This document shows, piece after piece, positions 1 through 10,557 of a stretch of DNA of 64,000 bases (position 1 is the stretch's first letter; each line of letters begins with the position of its first letter). The notes beneath the pieces were generated by a model that did no database searches, was not told where the DNA came from, and saw only the letters and a list, made by a program, of their open reading frames with translations. The stretch is from Planctomycetota bacterium (lineage in GTDB: Bacteria > Planctomycetota > Planctomycetia > Pirellulales > Pirellulaceae). Where the stretch lies: the NCBI GenBank assembly GCA_963204915.1, contig CAUJHS010000083.1, forward strand, positions 10,130 through 74,129, in the 5' to 3' direction. Position numbers and translations under genes: made by a program.

Positions 1-1840
1 GAACATTCCAACCGGCCAGGTCGCCTGGTCCGAATACCTCATAGCGCTGCACGGCCTGACTGCCGACAAGTTCGACGGGACCATCGGAGCGTTTCAGCGG
101 CTGGTCCATCCCGAAGACCTGGAAACGGTGCAGAGCGCCATCCAGGCCGCCATCGAACATCGCGCGCCCTTCGACGTCGAGTTCCGCATCGTCTGGCCGG
201 ACGGCAGCGTCCACTGGTTGGCCGGCAAGGGCAAAGCGTTCTACGATGAGCAAGGCGCGCCGTCGCACATGGTCGGCATTGGCATGGACATTACCGAACG
301 GCGCGAGGCGGCGGAGCGGCTCCGCCAAAGCGAGGAGCGGTTCCGCGGACTGATGGAGCAAGCCCCCTTCAGCATCCAAGTGATTGCGTGCAACGGCAAG
401 ACGCTGCAAGTCAATCGCGCCTGGGAGGAGCTGTGGGGCGCCAACCTCGATCTCCTGGCGGACTACAACATGCTCGAAGACGCGCAGCTCGAAGCCAAAG
501 GAATCCTCCCCCAGCTCCGCCGGGCGTTTGCAGGCGACGCGGTCCACCTCGCTCCCATCCAATACGACCCCAACGAGACGCTTCCCAACAGCAGCGGTCA
601 CCAGTACCCGCGCCGCTGGGTGTCGGCGGTCGCCTATCCCATCAAGGACCATGCCGGCAACGTGCGCGAGGTGATTCTCGTCCACCAGGACATTACCGCC
701 CGCCAGCGCGCCGAGGATGCGCTACGCGAAAGCGAAGAACGGTTCCGCGGCATGGTGAGCCACTCGGTCGCTGGAGTCGCCGAGGTGGACCTGTCGGGAA
801 GATACCTGTTTTGCAACGACCGCTATTGCGAAATCGTGGGGCGCTCGCGGGACGAGCTGATGCAGCTCCGCATGCAGGACATCACCCATCGCGACGACCT
901 GCGGGAAAACCTGCCGCTGTTCGAGCGGCTGGTGAAGACCGGCACGCCCTTCACCATTGAGAAGCGTTACCTGCGGCCCGACGGGGTCGCGGTGTGGGTC
1001 AACAACAGCGTCTCCGGAATCCGAGATCACGACGGCCGGGTGACTTCCATCGCCGCCGTGTGTGTCGATATCACCGCCCGCCATGAAGCCGAGGAGGCGC
1101 TGCGCCAGGCGGACCGCCGCAAGGATGAATTTCTGGCGATGCTGGCGCATGAGCTGCGCAACCCGCTCGCTCCCATTCGCACCGGCTTGGACATTCTCGC
1201 CCTCGGCCAATCGACGCCCGAAGTGGTCGGCCTGATGCAGCAGCAGGTAACGCACCTGGTGCGGCTGGTCGATGACCTTCTGGATGTGTCGCGCATCATG
1301 CGCGGGCGCATCGAGCTGCGGCCGGAAGTGGTCGAGCTGTCCCAAGTTGTGAAGCATGCGGTCGAGACGGCCCGGCCGCTGATCGACCGGCAACAACATC
1401 GGCTCACGTGCTCGCTGCCGCCGGAGCCGATCTGGCTGCATGCCGATCCGGTACGGCTGGCGCAGGTGGTGGCCAACTTGCTCAACAACGCCGCCAAGTA
1501 CACCGACCGCGGCGGACAAATCGCGCTCGCCGCCGCAAAGCACGGCGAGCACGTCTTGATTCGCGTGAGTGACAACGGCGTCGGCATGGAGCCGGAGCTT
1601 CTGCGGCAGGCGTTCGATTTGTTCACCCAGGGCAATCGCTCGCTCGACCGCTCGCAAGGCGGCCTGGGCATTGGCCTGACCGTGGTCAAGAACCTGGTCG
1701 AAATGCACGGCGGGACCGTCTCCGCTCACAGCGCCGGGCCAGGCCAGGGAAGCGAGTTCACCGTGCGACTGCCGATCCTTTCCCAATCGTCGCCAGCCCG
1801 CGACAAGACTCTCACAACCGCGGCGCAGGAGGCAAGGTGA
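1..1840 (+). CDS. PAS-domain sensor histidine kinase, 5'-partial (several PAS repeats, HisKA 'EFLAMLAHELRNPLAPI', HATPase_c 'GGLGIGLTVVKNLVEMHGG'). The reading frame is open from position 2 upstream of the GTG at 128. It ends at TGA 1838-1840.
   Basis: ORF 128..1840 translation carries PAS/HisKA/HATPase motifs; the same frame is open back to the window start. Confidence 0.85.
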   Translation, partial: NIPTGQVAWSEYLIALHGLTADKFDGTIGAFQRLVHPEDLETVQSAIQAAIEHRAPFDVEFRIVWPDGSVHWLAGKGKAFYDEQGAPSHMVGIGMDITERREAAERLRQSEERFRGLMEQAPFSIQVIACNGKTLQVNRAWEELWGANLDLLADYNMLEDAQLEAKGILPQLRRAFAGDAVHLAPIQYDPNETLPNSSGHQYPRRWVSAVAYPIKDHAGNVREVILVHQDITARQRAEDALRESEERFRGMVSHSVAGVAEVDLSGRYLFCNDRYCEIVGRSRDELMQLRMQDITHRDDLRENLPLFERLVKTGTPFTIEKRYLRPDGVAVWVNNSVSGIRDHDGRVTSIAAVCVDITARHEAEEALRQADRRKDEFLAMLAHELRNPLAPIRTGLDILALGQSTPEVVGLMQQQVTHLVRLVDDLLDVSRIMRGRIELRPEVVELSQVVKHAVETARPLIDRQQHRLTCSLPPEPIWLHADPVRLAQVVANLLNNAAKYTDRGGQIALAAAKHGEHVLIRVSDNGVGMEPELLRQAFDLFTQGNRSLDRSQGGLGIGLTVVKNLVEMHGGTVSAHSAGPGQGSEFTVRLPILSQSSPARDKTLTTAAQEAR

Positions 1841-2224
1841 ATTCTGATTGTAGACGACAACCACGCGGCCGCTGAAATGCTCTCGGTATTGTTGAAGACC
1901 TTCGGCGACCACGAAACCCAGCTCGCTCAGGACGGCCTCGCGGCGCTAGAGATGGCCATGACCCACAGGCCCGACATGATCCTACTGGGCATCGACCTTC
2001 CGAAGATGGATGGCTATGAGGTCGCCTGGTCGCTGCGCGAGCAGGGTCGCGACTCTCAAACACTGCTCGTGGCGATCACCGGATACGGCAACGCCGACGA
2101 CCGCCGCAATTCGCAGCAGGCCGGATTCGACGAACACCTGGTAAAACTCCTCGGCGCTGAAGACCTGCAACGGCTTTTCTCGCACCCCAAGTTGAAACGG
2201 CGCCCGGATGAAAACGTGGTTTAA
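1841..2224 (+). pseudogene. Response-regulator receiver (REC) domain, in frame immediately after the TGA that ends the histidine kinase ('QEAR*ILIVDDNHAAAEMLSVLLK...DLPKMDGYEV...LVAITGYG'). It has no start codon of its own in front of beta1. Likely the C-terminal REC of a hybrid HK disrupted by an in-frame stop.
   Basis: Codons 1841-1861 = ILIVDDN in HK frame; ORF track begins only at M1877, which would delete the beta1 strand. Confidence 0.55.
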
Positions 2225-2457
2225 CCTCAACCCACCGGGGAACGCGTAGGCGCGAGTTGAGATATTTCACTGCGTGCTCCCATTGGGTCGCGGTTAAGGC
2301 CAGAAGCTGAAAGCGGCGAAGAAACTTAAAGTCCAACCCCGCATCGGTCTGATGCTCGCGAAGCAACGCATCGCCCGCTTTGATGCTGCCGATCCTGGGA
2401 GCCATTCTGGCGATGGTCGTGGGCCACGTGTGGTTTACTGCAAACTGACATTCATGT

Positions 2458-2929
2458 TCACACTCGGCGAAATTGTTCCGCAGGGACACCTTTTCGACGA
2501 ATACCGGTGGTTGTCCGCGCTATCGATATGCGATCTCCGCTGGCGCATTCTCGGCCACGGTAGATTCCAGAAGACGTCGCGCCGGCGCCGTGAGCAGCCG
2601 CTGCGAAACTTTTTGAAAGGTGGTGAAGTGCGGAACGTGCGTCAGTCCGCGTGTTTTCGGGAGTACGGGATGGTCGGCCAGATGCGCCGCGAGGCCGCGG
2701 TCGTCGGTGCGCAGGTTGGCGCCAGGCAAGCAAAGGGTTGATGCTGCGTGAACTTCTTGGGGCTGTACCGATGAGCGAACTGCGGTAAGGCTCTCTGCGC
2801 CGCCGTCAACGCCGCAAGCACCACGGCCCGAAGAGATTTACAAGTCCGCGCCATGCATGCATGGCGCAATACCCCCACCCCATGGTTTAGTTGACATCCC
2901 TGGTTTTCTACACAGCCGGACGACACCAA
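2458..2929 (-). pseudogene. Degenerate IS5/IS1182-like transposase remnant (N-terminal DUF772-like 'VPHFTTFQKVSQRLL...LLESTV' motif), broken into several frames
   Basis: Minus-strand ORFs 2520..2729 and 2642..2929 resemble the transposase N-terminal helix-turn-helix; no intact DDE domain. Confidence 0.3.
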
Positions 2930-3507
2930 TTCCTAAGTGGAAAGAAGCCCTCAACCACTTCGCCATCCTGTTCGCCGACCGCATGCCCAAATATCTCAAT
3001 TGACTCACCCGAAATACCGACTGACACAAAATTCAGGACAAAGCCCCGACACGTCGGATTCACGCTCTAACCCATGCGATCGTTCGTCGATCTGAGAGAG
3101 AATGATTGCGTCGCGCCGTGGGGGGCGGCTTCACACACATATATTTCTTTCTCGTTGAGACATCGTACGACCTGGACCATATTACAGGGTCAAGGTGGGA
3201 AGGGCGGAGTTTTTCGCTTGCCATACCAGTGCAGATCGCTATGGGCGAGGCGTAACTTGTCGCCGTGCTGCCGCCCTGGTACGCTCGGGCCTCACTTAGC
3301 CCGTGCCGAGGATTGACGCCCAAGCTCCGTAGCACATCTGCCGCCGCAAGTGCGTGAGGAGCACTGGAGTCCTGGATTTTCTGCTCCAAAAGATTGCTCG
3401 CTTGCAATTCTGTGACGGCCGCCGTGATGCTAGGGTCGCCCTGATTGCGCCACAGCGTCTTTGTGCCCTTAGAAGGGCGAAGACTGTGTAAGCTCGATGA
3501 ACGGGCC

Positions 3508-3551
3508 AGGCCCAAAACGAAAACACCTGCGGCTGTCCGGCCGCAGGTGTC
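3508..3551 (-). terminator. Putative rho-independent terminator: perfect 9-bp hairpin ACCTGCGGC/GCCGCAGGT followed on the minus strand by a GTTTTCGTTTTG run, downstream of the 3594..4076 gene
   Basis: Inverted repeat read directly in the sequence plus a U-rich tract on the minus strand. Confidence 0.5.
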
Positions 3552-3593
3552 GAGGTGTGAACGCACGTCCGCCGATAGTTTGCCAAGCGGCAA

Positions 3594-4076
3594 TTATTCG
3601 ACCAGACGCACATTGCGATTGAAAACCCAGCCTTTGTATTCGCGGCCATCGACCGTCACCACGGCGCCAAGCCAGCCGTTGATTACCTTGGTTACTTTGA
3701 ATTCCAGACCTTTGGGAGCGACGCTGAGCACATTCAACCCCAGCATCAATTTGGCGTTATCGCCCGTCACGACCACCGAATCACCAGGGTGAATCCCGAT
3801 GGGTTCAAACGAAAAGCTGCGATACCCAGGTTCCCTGGCGATCGCTGGTTCGCTAGCGATCATGGGCTGCGGTGCGACGTAGTTATAGGACGGCCGAGCA
3901 TAATTAAAGGAGGGGCCGCTCCGCGAGGAGTACGATCGGCCGCCGCCTCCGCCCGATCCGTAGTAAGGCTTGCCAATGCCCAGGCGAGCCGCGTCTCGCT
4001 GCGCGAACGCGCCGCTCGCGCCAACCATCAACAGAGCCGCCACCATCGCTGCCATTGAAAGCTTCTTGTACATCAC
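3594..4076 (-). CDS. Secreted hypothetical protein (signal peptide, Gly/Ser-rich region, C-terminal SH3-like beta domain)
   Basis: ORF translation 'MMYKKLSMAAMVAALLMVGASGAFAQ...' has a typical signal peptide. Confidence 0.7.
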   Translation of the reverse strand: MMYKKLSMAAMVAALLMVGASGAFAQRDAARLGIGKPYYGSGGGGGRSYSSRSGPSFNYARPSYNYVAPQPMIASEPAIAREPGYRSFSFEPIGIHPGDSVVVTGDNAKLMLGLNVLSVAPKGLEFKVTKVINGWLGAVVTVDGREYKGWVFNRNVRLVE

Positions 4077-4377
4077 ACACCTCCAGGCTCGTTAGTAAGC
4101 CACGCGAATGATCAGCTTCATGCGCCGTAGGAAAGGGTCTGCACCCTGCAGGCCCAAAAAAATTTCAAACAGTTGATGAACTCGTTCTCACAACATTTGT
4201 TTAGATGCATCTCGTAATCGGTTTCTTCAGCAGTTCCGAAAAAATTTTCGATCATCACGGCGCCGCCGATCAGGAACCAATCCCGCCTGAACCGTGCGCC
4301 CAGCGCAAAACAAACCCACCGCAGCGGTCGAGTTGCGGTGGGTTAGACAGGCATACGCCGAAGGGATTGCTAGTCCG

Positions 4378-5214
4378 TTAGAGTGTATCGCGTTCTTCCG
4401 CGGTCGAGTGCTTGTCGAAATGCGCTACCAACTCCGTGACTTCTTGAAGGTCACGCGCCCCGACGACGGTAAATCGTCGCTTGTCAGAATGCCAGATCGC
4501 TGCGAGTAACTGGTCACGGCCCTGGACGATTTGGATTGGTTTTCGGCAGCATGCTGCAATTGCATTGGTCACAGGCCGGTCGCTGAAGCAGGCGCAGCGC
4601 CCCTCCTTACACTCCATAATCGCAACTTGGCTGCCATCAGGCCGTTGAAGCGTGATCAACGGACAGCGGCCACACGGCATATTAAGAACGCAGGTGCTCG
4701 CCACTTGGTAACTCGGCGGTGGAGTCGCAGCCGCCGGTGTGAAACCGGTGAACTGGAACATTTGGCGCACATCGATGTCTCGAGCCTGATAGTTTGCCGA
4801 CAAAACTTCGCGGCCGGCGGCGGGAGATTCGGCAAATGCATCGAAATAGCGGTCCAAGCTCGCCAGATCACCGCCGGGGGATTTCCAGGGCTGGCGTGCG
4901 ACGAATGAAATCCCTACCACGAGCAACACAGCGGCGGCGGCCGCCAGGGCACTTCGACTGACGGTCCACGCACCCCATGTTCCGGCCGCACGTGGCGATC
5001 TCGCGTTCAGCCGTTTCTCCAAGTCGGACCAGTCTGGGACACCACGGGCAACAGGTAATTCCTGAGCTTGCCGCGAAAGGTCTTGATACCCGGCGACGGC
5101 GCTGGCGCATGCGGAGCAGTGGGCCAGATGCTCAGCAATCGCTACGTCGAGCTCTGAATCCAGTTCATTGTCGTAATAAGCGGACAGCAATGCTTGGGCT
5201 TGTATACAGTTCAT
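4378..5214 (-). CDS. Zinc-dependent anti-sigma factor (ZAS-type, 'HLAHCSAC' motif), one TM helix, Cys-rich C-terminal domain
   Basis: HxxxCxxC motif at the N-terminus; sits directly downstream of the ECF sigma factor on the same strand. Confidence 0.8.
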   Translation of the reverse strand: MNCIQAQALLSAYYDNELDSELDVAIAEHLAHCSACASAVAGYQDLSRQAQELPVARGVPDWSDLEKRLNARSPRAAGTWGAWTVSRSALAAAAAVLLVVGISFVARQPWKSPGGDLASLDRYFDAFAESPAAGREVLSANYQARDIDVRQMFQFTGFTPAAATPPPSYQVASTCVLNMPCGRCPLITLQRPDGSQVAIMECKEGRCACFSDRPVTNAIAACCRKPIQIVQGRDQLLAAIWHSDKRRFTVVGARDLQEVTELVAHFDKHSTAEERDTL

Positions 5215-5243
5215 AGCGATTCAACATCCAACGTGGCGAATGT

Positions 5244-5858
5244 TCATGGGCGCCACCCCAATTCCGTTAAGTATTGTTGCAGCAAATCCCGGGCACGGTT
5301 AAGCCGGGATCCTACGGTACCTTCGTTTAAATCAAGGACGGCGGCGATTTCATGGTACGATAACCGCTCGACTTCACGCAGCACAAATAGCGAACGCAAC
5401 TCGGGGTCGAGGCGCGTTAGCGCTCGGTCAAGCAATTCACCCTCTTCACTTTGCGTCGTAGGAGACGCCGCACGATCCGAGGGCTCGAATACCAACGGGG
5501 CGAATCGCTTGCGGCTCCGACGCCGAAGGTGTTGTAACGCTTCATTGACTGCGACACGATATAACCAAGTCGAAAACTGCGAGCGCCCTGTAAACTTGCT
5601 GATCGTTTGGAGAACTCGCAGAAAAACGTCTTGCGTCAAGTCCGCCGCTTCTTCGCAGCCAACCATGCGCAACATCAACCGATGCACCTGGGCATGGTAC
5701 TGCTCGTATAAGCGCCGCTGTGCGTCGCGGTCGCCTCGCTGGCAATCCGCCACGAGATCGGCCTCGACCACCGTGGTTTGCTCCGGTTCAGTGTTTCGAT
5801 ACGTTTTGGATGCCGGAGCGAGCGCGTTCCTTCGCGCGTTTTGCATGATTACGTCCAT
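5244..5858 (-). CDS. ECF-type RNA polymerase sigma-70 factor (regions 2 and 4)
   Basis: Motifs 'DLTQDVFLRV', 'LSYHEIAAVLDLNEGTVGSRLNRAR' in the translation. Confidence 0.85.
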   Translation of the reverse strand: MDVIMQNARRNALAPASKTYRNTEPEQTTVVEADLVADCQRGDRDAQRRLYEQYHAQVHRLMLRMVGCEEAADLTQDVFLRVLQTISKFTGRSQFSTWLYRVAVNEALQHLRRRSRKRFAPLVFEPSDRAASPTTQSEEGELLDRALTRLDPELRSLFVLREVERLSYHEIAAVLDLNEGTVGSRLNRARDLLQQYLTELGWRP

Positions 5859-6109
5859 TTTTTCAACTGGTGTGGGGTGGTTTGTGACGGAGAACCTCCT
5901 GTCTCCGTCTTCTCCGCCAAGAGATTTCGCAAAATATCTAACTTCACAAAGGCAGGTTACGCGCCGATCGAAAATCCGAGGATTTTGACAGTTTTGCCTT
6001 CACATGAGCGCGCGACATTTGCACAGGCTGTGCGATATCGCACGATTACTCCGCGTCATTCTGATCGTGATGCTGTGGGACCGCCGCGTGGCTGGCCGAG
6101 AAGTATTCG

Positions 6110-6760
6110 GTGGACTGCATGTTTGGCGCTTCCGTCGTGGCGATTGAGAACCGCATGGTCCACGTATCCGACGGTCGGCGGCAGCGGGCCGAACGCATCA
6201 TCGTCTGCAGCGAGAGCGACCTGCAAACGCTTTATCCGCAAACCCTGGCCGAGTCGCGTCTAGTTCTATGCAAATTGCAAATGCTCAAGACGGCGCCGTC
6301 GCATCGCGGCGAATCATCGCCTCACCTCGCCAGTGGTTTGACTTTGCGTCATTATGCCGCGTTTCGCGATTGTCCTTCGGCGCCCGCTCTGCAAGCGCGC
6401 GTCCAGCGGGAGACGCCCAAGGTAAACGCGTATGGCGTTCGCGTGATGGCCTCGCAATTGGCCAACGGCGAAGTGATCTTGAGCGATTCCCGTGAAAACA
6501 GGTCGGACAATTCGCCTTTCGACAAATCGGAGATCGATGAATTGATTCTTAGCGAAGCGAAGAAGGTTTTTCGTTTGGATTGCTGGGGCGTAACCGAACG
6601 CTGGAATGTGATTTACGCAAAGCATCCAGTGTTGCCGGTCTTTGAGCAAACGATGGAAGAAGGCGTGCAGTTGTTCCTCGGAACGGGGGGAGCCGGAATG
6701 ACCATGTCGTTTGGATTAGCAGAGAACGCTTGGCGCGACTGGTTGGGAGAAACGTCGTGA
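6110..6760 (+). pseudogene. C-terminal half only of a DAO-family FAD-dependent oxidoreductase (TIGR03364-like, the type commonly adjacent to phnX). The N-terminal FAD-binding GxGxxG domain is absent. Probable truncated relic.
   Basis: C-terminal 'VQLFLGTGGAGMTMSFGLAE' DAO signature. Only ~250 nt lie upstream before the divergent sigma-factor gene, and no dinucleotide-binding motif is present there. Confidence 0.5.
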
Positions 6761-7563
6761 GCGAAAAGTTGCAGCATCTGACCGCCGTGGTCTTTGATTG
6801 GGCGGGAACCACCGTCGATCATGGGAGCCGCGCTCCCGCCTTGGTCTTTCAGGAGATTTTTCGGCGACGTGGCGTGGAGATTACGCTGCAGCAGGCTCGC
6901 GAACCGATGGGCATGTCCAAATGCGACCATATCGCCGCGATACTGAAGACGCCGGAGGTCGCCAACTTGTGGCGCCAACGCCACGGCGTCCCGTGGCAGG
7001 AGCGCGACATCGACGACCTGTACGAACATTTCCTTCCGCTCCAAAAAAGCGTGTTGCAGGAGTATTCCCAAGTGATTGCTGGCGTACCCGAAGCCGTCGC
7101 GGAGTGCCGCCGCATGGGCCTGATCATCGGCTCGACCACGGGATATACGCGTACGCTCATGGAAGTCGTTTCGAAGGTTGCTCGACAACAGAACTATGCG
7201 CCCGATGGCATTGTGTGCGCTGATGACGTCGCCCAAGGGCGGCCGGCCCCCGACCTGCTGATGGAAGCCGCGCGGCGACTCGGCGTCTCGCGGCTGGAGG
7301 AGGTCGTTAATGTGGACGATACACCGGTGGGCGTCGAAGCCGGACGCAACGCAGGCAGTTGGACGGTAAGCGTAACGCGCACCGGGAACTGTGTGGGACT
7401 TTCCCACGCGGAGTTGGACGCACTGCAACCCGAGGAATTGCGGCTCCGGTGCGATCAAGCGGCGGCTCGGCTTCGTGCGGCCGGCGCTCACTTTACCATC
7501 GAATCGGTCGTTGAAATCCCGCAGGTGCTGCGCGACATCGATCAACGTGCGGCGAGAGAATGA
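6730..7563 (+). CDS. phnX: Phosphonoacetaldehyde hydrolase (phosphonatase), HAD superfamily
   Basis: Motifs FDWAGTTVD, PMGxSKxDH, IGSTTGYTR, GRPAPD, GRNAGSWTVSV, GAHFTIE match PhnX along its whole length. Confidence 0.9.
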   Translation: MARLVGRNVVSEKLQHLTAVVFDWAGTTVDHGSRAPALVFQEIFRRRGVEITLQQAREPMGMSKCDHIAAILKTPEVANLWRQRHGVPWQERDIDDLYEHFLPLQKSVLQEYSQVIAGVPEAVAECRRMGLIIGSTTGYTRTLMEVVSKVARQQNYAPDGIVCADDVAQGRPAPDLLMEAARRLGVSRLEEVVNVDDTPVGVEAGRNAGSWTVSVTRTGNCVGLSHAELDALQPEELRLRCDQAAARLRAAGAHFTIESVVEIPQVLRDIDQRAARE

Positions 7564-7908
7564 TCATCGCGCTGAAGAGGCCAACCAGCTCTCGGCGCGG
7601 GCGATATCGAGAGCGACGTGGCGAAGCTGGCGCCGGGTATTTATTTCGCATGGGACATGCATTCCGCAGCCACCCGACTAACGTGCAATGTCGCATGTTT
7701 GGTGAAAAATCCCTTGGGGAGTGGCCGCTGATCTTGGGCGCTTGGCGGCCGGGTGGGGAGTTGCTCCCAGGCGAGCGTCGTCCGAAATGCATATCGCAGC
7801 GCGGACCATGGGCGTTTCTCAGAGATTTCAAGACTTCGGCCTCAAACCATTCCTGGGTAGGAACCTTGTATCGCCCCGCGGTCCGCCGTAACTCCGAACG
7901 TTGAAATA

Positions 7909-8631
7909 TTGAACCTACCGGTTACTTGCCCCGGATTACTCAGCCCCGCGACGGAATGGGCATCGATGCGACGCTTGCTCCCGCGGGCGCAACTGAACCT
8001 GGCGGCAGTCATGCACGCGGGCTTGGCGCTGGCGTTCAAGGACGATCAAGCGGTGGTCGTGGGCAACGCCAGCGTGAGCATGCTGAGGCGTTTCGATCAA
8101 ACGATCGACGTGCCGCGCGTCATGCTGCGCGATGCGTCGCCCACCGGCGACAAGCCGATCGTGCGCCCGAAGTCCCCCGAAACTCCCATGGGCTAAAACG
8201 ACAGTCCCTACCGGTTGGACGGCGAAATCCCGCGTGGCGGGATGAGGGCGATTCTCAAGGGCCGCGATACCGTCCTGGGGCGCGAACTGGCGATCAAGGT
8301 GCTGCTGGAAGCGCACAAGGACAAGCCGGAGGTCGTGCAGCGGTTCATCGAAGAGGCGCAAATCGGCGGCCAGTTGCAGCATCCGGGAATAGCGCCCGTG
8401 TACGAACTGGGGCAGTTCGCCGACCGGCGGCCCTTCTTCAGCATGAAGCTGGTTAAAGGCGAGACGCTTTCGAAGTTGCTCGCCGAGCGCGTCGATCCTT
8501 CTGCCGACCACAGCTGGTTGGTGGGCATCTTCGAGCAGGTCTGTCAGACGATGTCCTATGCGCACAGGCGAACGCGACTAAGCGAGGACGAGAACGTCCA
8601 GCAAGCTCTCAAAACGTTCATCCGCGAGTGA
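7909..8631 (+). pseudogene. Ser/Thr protein kinase remnant. The N-terminal lobe is present ('YRLDGEIPRGGM', 'LAIKVL', 'HPGIAPVYE', 'SYAHRR') but is interrupted by an in-frame TAA at 8194-8196 and truncated before the HRDLKPxN catalytic loop.
   Basis: ORFs 7909..8196 and 8215..8631 share one frame; kinase subdomains I-VIa only. Confidence 0.55.
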
Positions 8632-10557
8632 GTCGCCGTGATCCTGCGAGGTGTGCGTCAGTTTTCGTCCGTAGGACGCAAAGATGGAATCGCGGGCCTC
8701 GAGGGCTTGACGCGGCACGAGTCGGGAAGTCTCAAGGTTCGCGACTTGCCACGGCGGCGCCGGCAAATCCGAGGGGCCATTCACGCCCACGGTGACCTCA
8801 TACTTGGCCCAGCTATGTGCGCTAGAATCGCCCAGCCCCGCAACCAACAACGTCTCGGTCGAACTCGCAACGTCGCCGCTCGTGGCGCTCGGATCGCCCC
8901 ACACGCCGCCGGCGCCGACAGGACGGGCGGCGGCGCCCATGCCCCGCACGAGCAACGCCCAGGTGTAGATGTGAAGACCCTTGTAGGGGGCGGCTTCGAT
9001 GCCGATTTCATCCTCACCATCCACCCAGGTGTGGCCGGCCACATCCATGAAATACGCGGAAAACGTTTCGGCGTAGTCTTCAAACGGATTCGTGCGGGCG
9101 TAGTCGCGCACGAACGGGGCGGCGGTGGAGTACCACCAGTTCGTGTCGCTGGATACGGCAAAACCCGCCGTGGACGGCCTAGTCTGCGTCCAGCCGCTGG
9201 CCGCGCGAAATTCCGTTACCAGGTCCCCCCAACCTTGCAATAGGCGCTCCGTTTCCTCTGGCGTGTCCCAGTTGTGCCCGAACTCGTGGAACACGACCTG
9301 GATCGCCCAGTCCTCGCTGTAGACGCCATTCCACTGGAACGACTGGTTAGAGTAGTGCGTGTTGACGCCGTCGTTAAAGGCGACGTATTGGTTGGAGGCA
9401 TTTCCCAGACGGAACAACTGCGGCTCGCCGCCTTGCGAGTTGTAAAGCAGCGCGTTGTTGCGCGTCTCTTCGGCCATCGTTCCCAGCGCCTCGTCGATCA
9501 CCTTGATATCGCTGTCCGACCAGCTTCCGGCGGTATAGGTCGTGGTGCTTGGCGAGTAGCCGCTCGGCCAAGTGACGGTGCGAGCGCCTTCGTTGGTCAA
9601 GCGAATACGAATGTCTTCGTCCCCGTCGTCCAAGATGCTGTCACCGATGGAGATGGTGGTCCCACCGAACGTTTGTTGGAAGACGCCCGTCTCGTTGGTG
9701 AGGATTAGGAAGCGATCAGAATCGGGGCCCCCGTGCAGTTGGTCGATTCCCGAGCCGCCATACAGGCCGTCAATCCCTGCGCCGCCGTAGAGGAAGTCGA
9801 CGCCTCCGCCGCCGTACAGGCGATCATTGCCTTCCTCGCCCTCGAGCAAGTCCGGGTCGGCGCCGCCTTCCAACACATCATCGCCGCGCCCTCCGTAGAG
9901 GTCGTCGTAGCCCAAGCCGCCGCGGAGCGTATCGTTGCCGGAGTCGCCCCAAATGCGATCGCGCCCCGAGCCGCCCTCCAGCGTATCATTGCCGCCGCCG
10001 CCGTGGATCTCATCCAGCCCGGATCCACCGTAGACGGTGTCGTTGCCAAGGCCGGTCGTGATCACATCGTCGCTCCCCATCCCGTTCACCTCATGCGCGG
10101 GCGCATTGTTGTACCAGCCGACTCCCGTGGGCGCATAGTAGATGTCGGCGTAGTTGCTGCCTGAGAACTTGAACTTCATGATTTGCGACTTATGAAATGT
10201 ATACGACCGCTGGCCGTCATTGCTGGTGGTCACCACGATGTACACGTTGTTTGGGTTTATGTTATCGGGATGGTTGGATTGATCCAGATCAGCAATGTGG
10301 ACACGGCTCCCGGCGGGATCGGCGGTGATCGTGAGTTCGCCGGGCGCGGTGAAGGCGAGTGTCGCCGCCATCACCGTGCGGTCCTCCAACGACTCCAGCG
10401 CCATCGTGCGGCGAGGCTTGTTGTTCTCGGCTCGTCGCAGGGGCTTTGTGGATTTTCCGCTGAAGTCCAAGCAGTTGGAAACTCGTTTTGTAAGACTCAT
10501 GGTTTTCTCCCCGAAAAAGCAGGAACAGCAAGCGGAAGACGTGGCCCGAAGCGACAA
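8578..10557 (-). CDS. Secreted RTX-type calcium-binding repeat protein with an HExxH zinc-metalloprotease motif ('HEFGHNWD'), Planctomycete N-terminal 'LESLEDRTVMAA' motif. The start is probably the internal Met at ~10500.
   Basis: Tandem GGxGxDxL/I nonapeptide repeats, HEFGH, N-terminal LExLExR motif. Confidence 0.8.
   Translation of the reverse strand: MSLRATSSACCSCFFGEKTMSLTKRVSNCLDFSGKSTKPLRRAENNKPRRTMALESLEDRTVMAATLAFTAPGELTITADPAGSRVHIADLDQSNHPDNINPNNVYIVVTTSNDGQRSYTFHKSQIMKFKFSGSNYADIYYAPTGVGWYNNAPAHEVNGMGSDDVITTGLGNDTVYGGSGLDEIHGGGGNDTLEGGSGRDRIWGDSGNDTLRGGLGYDDLYGGRGDDVLEGGADPDLLEGEEGNDRLYGGGGVDFLYGGAGIDGLYGGSGIDQLHGGPDSDRFLILTNETGVFQQTFGGTTISIGDSILDDGDEDIRIRLTNEGARTVTWPSGYSPSTTTYTAGSWSDSDIKVIDEALGTMAEETRNNALLYNSQGGEPQLFRLGNASNQYVAFNDGVNTHYSNQSFQWNGVYSEDWAIQVVFHEFGHNWDTPEETERLLQGWGDLVTEFRAASGWTQTRPSTAGFAVSSDTNWWYSTAAPFVRDYARTNPFEDYAETFSAYFMDVAGHTWVDGEDEIGIEAAPYKGLHIYTWALLVRGMGAAARPVGAGGVWGDPSATSGDVASSTETLLVAGLGDSSAHSWAKYEVTVGVNGPSDLPAPPWQVANLETSRLVPRQALEARDSIFASYGRKLTHTSQDHGDSLADERFESLLDVLVLA

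Noticed and set aside
1838-1840. TGA between the HK and REC domains as a selenocysteine or reassigned codon
   Set aside because: There is no SECIS-like hairpin immediately downstream, a Cys/Sec makes no sense in an HK-REC linker, and the other two interruptions use TAA. A mutation or error is more parsimonious than recoding.
5194-6263. Plus-strand ORFs 5194..5988 and 5778..6263 overlapping the ECF sigma factor gene
   Set aside because: Antisense to a gene with clear sigma-70 motifs; Ser/Arg-rich; no recognisable domains.
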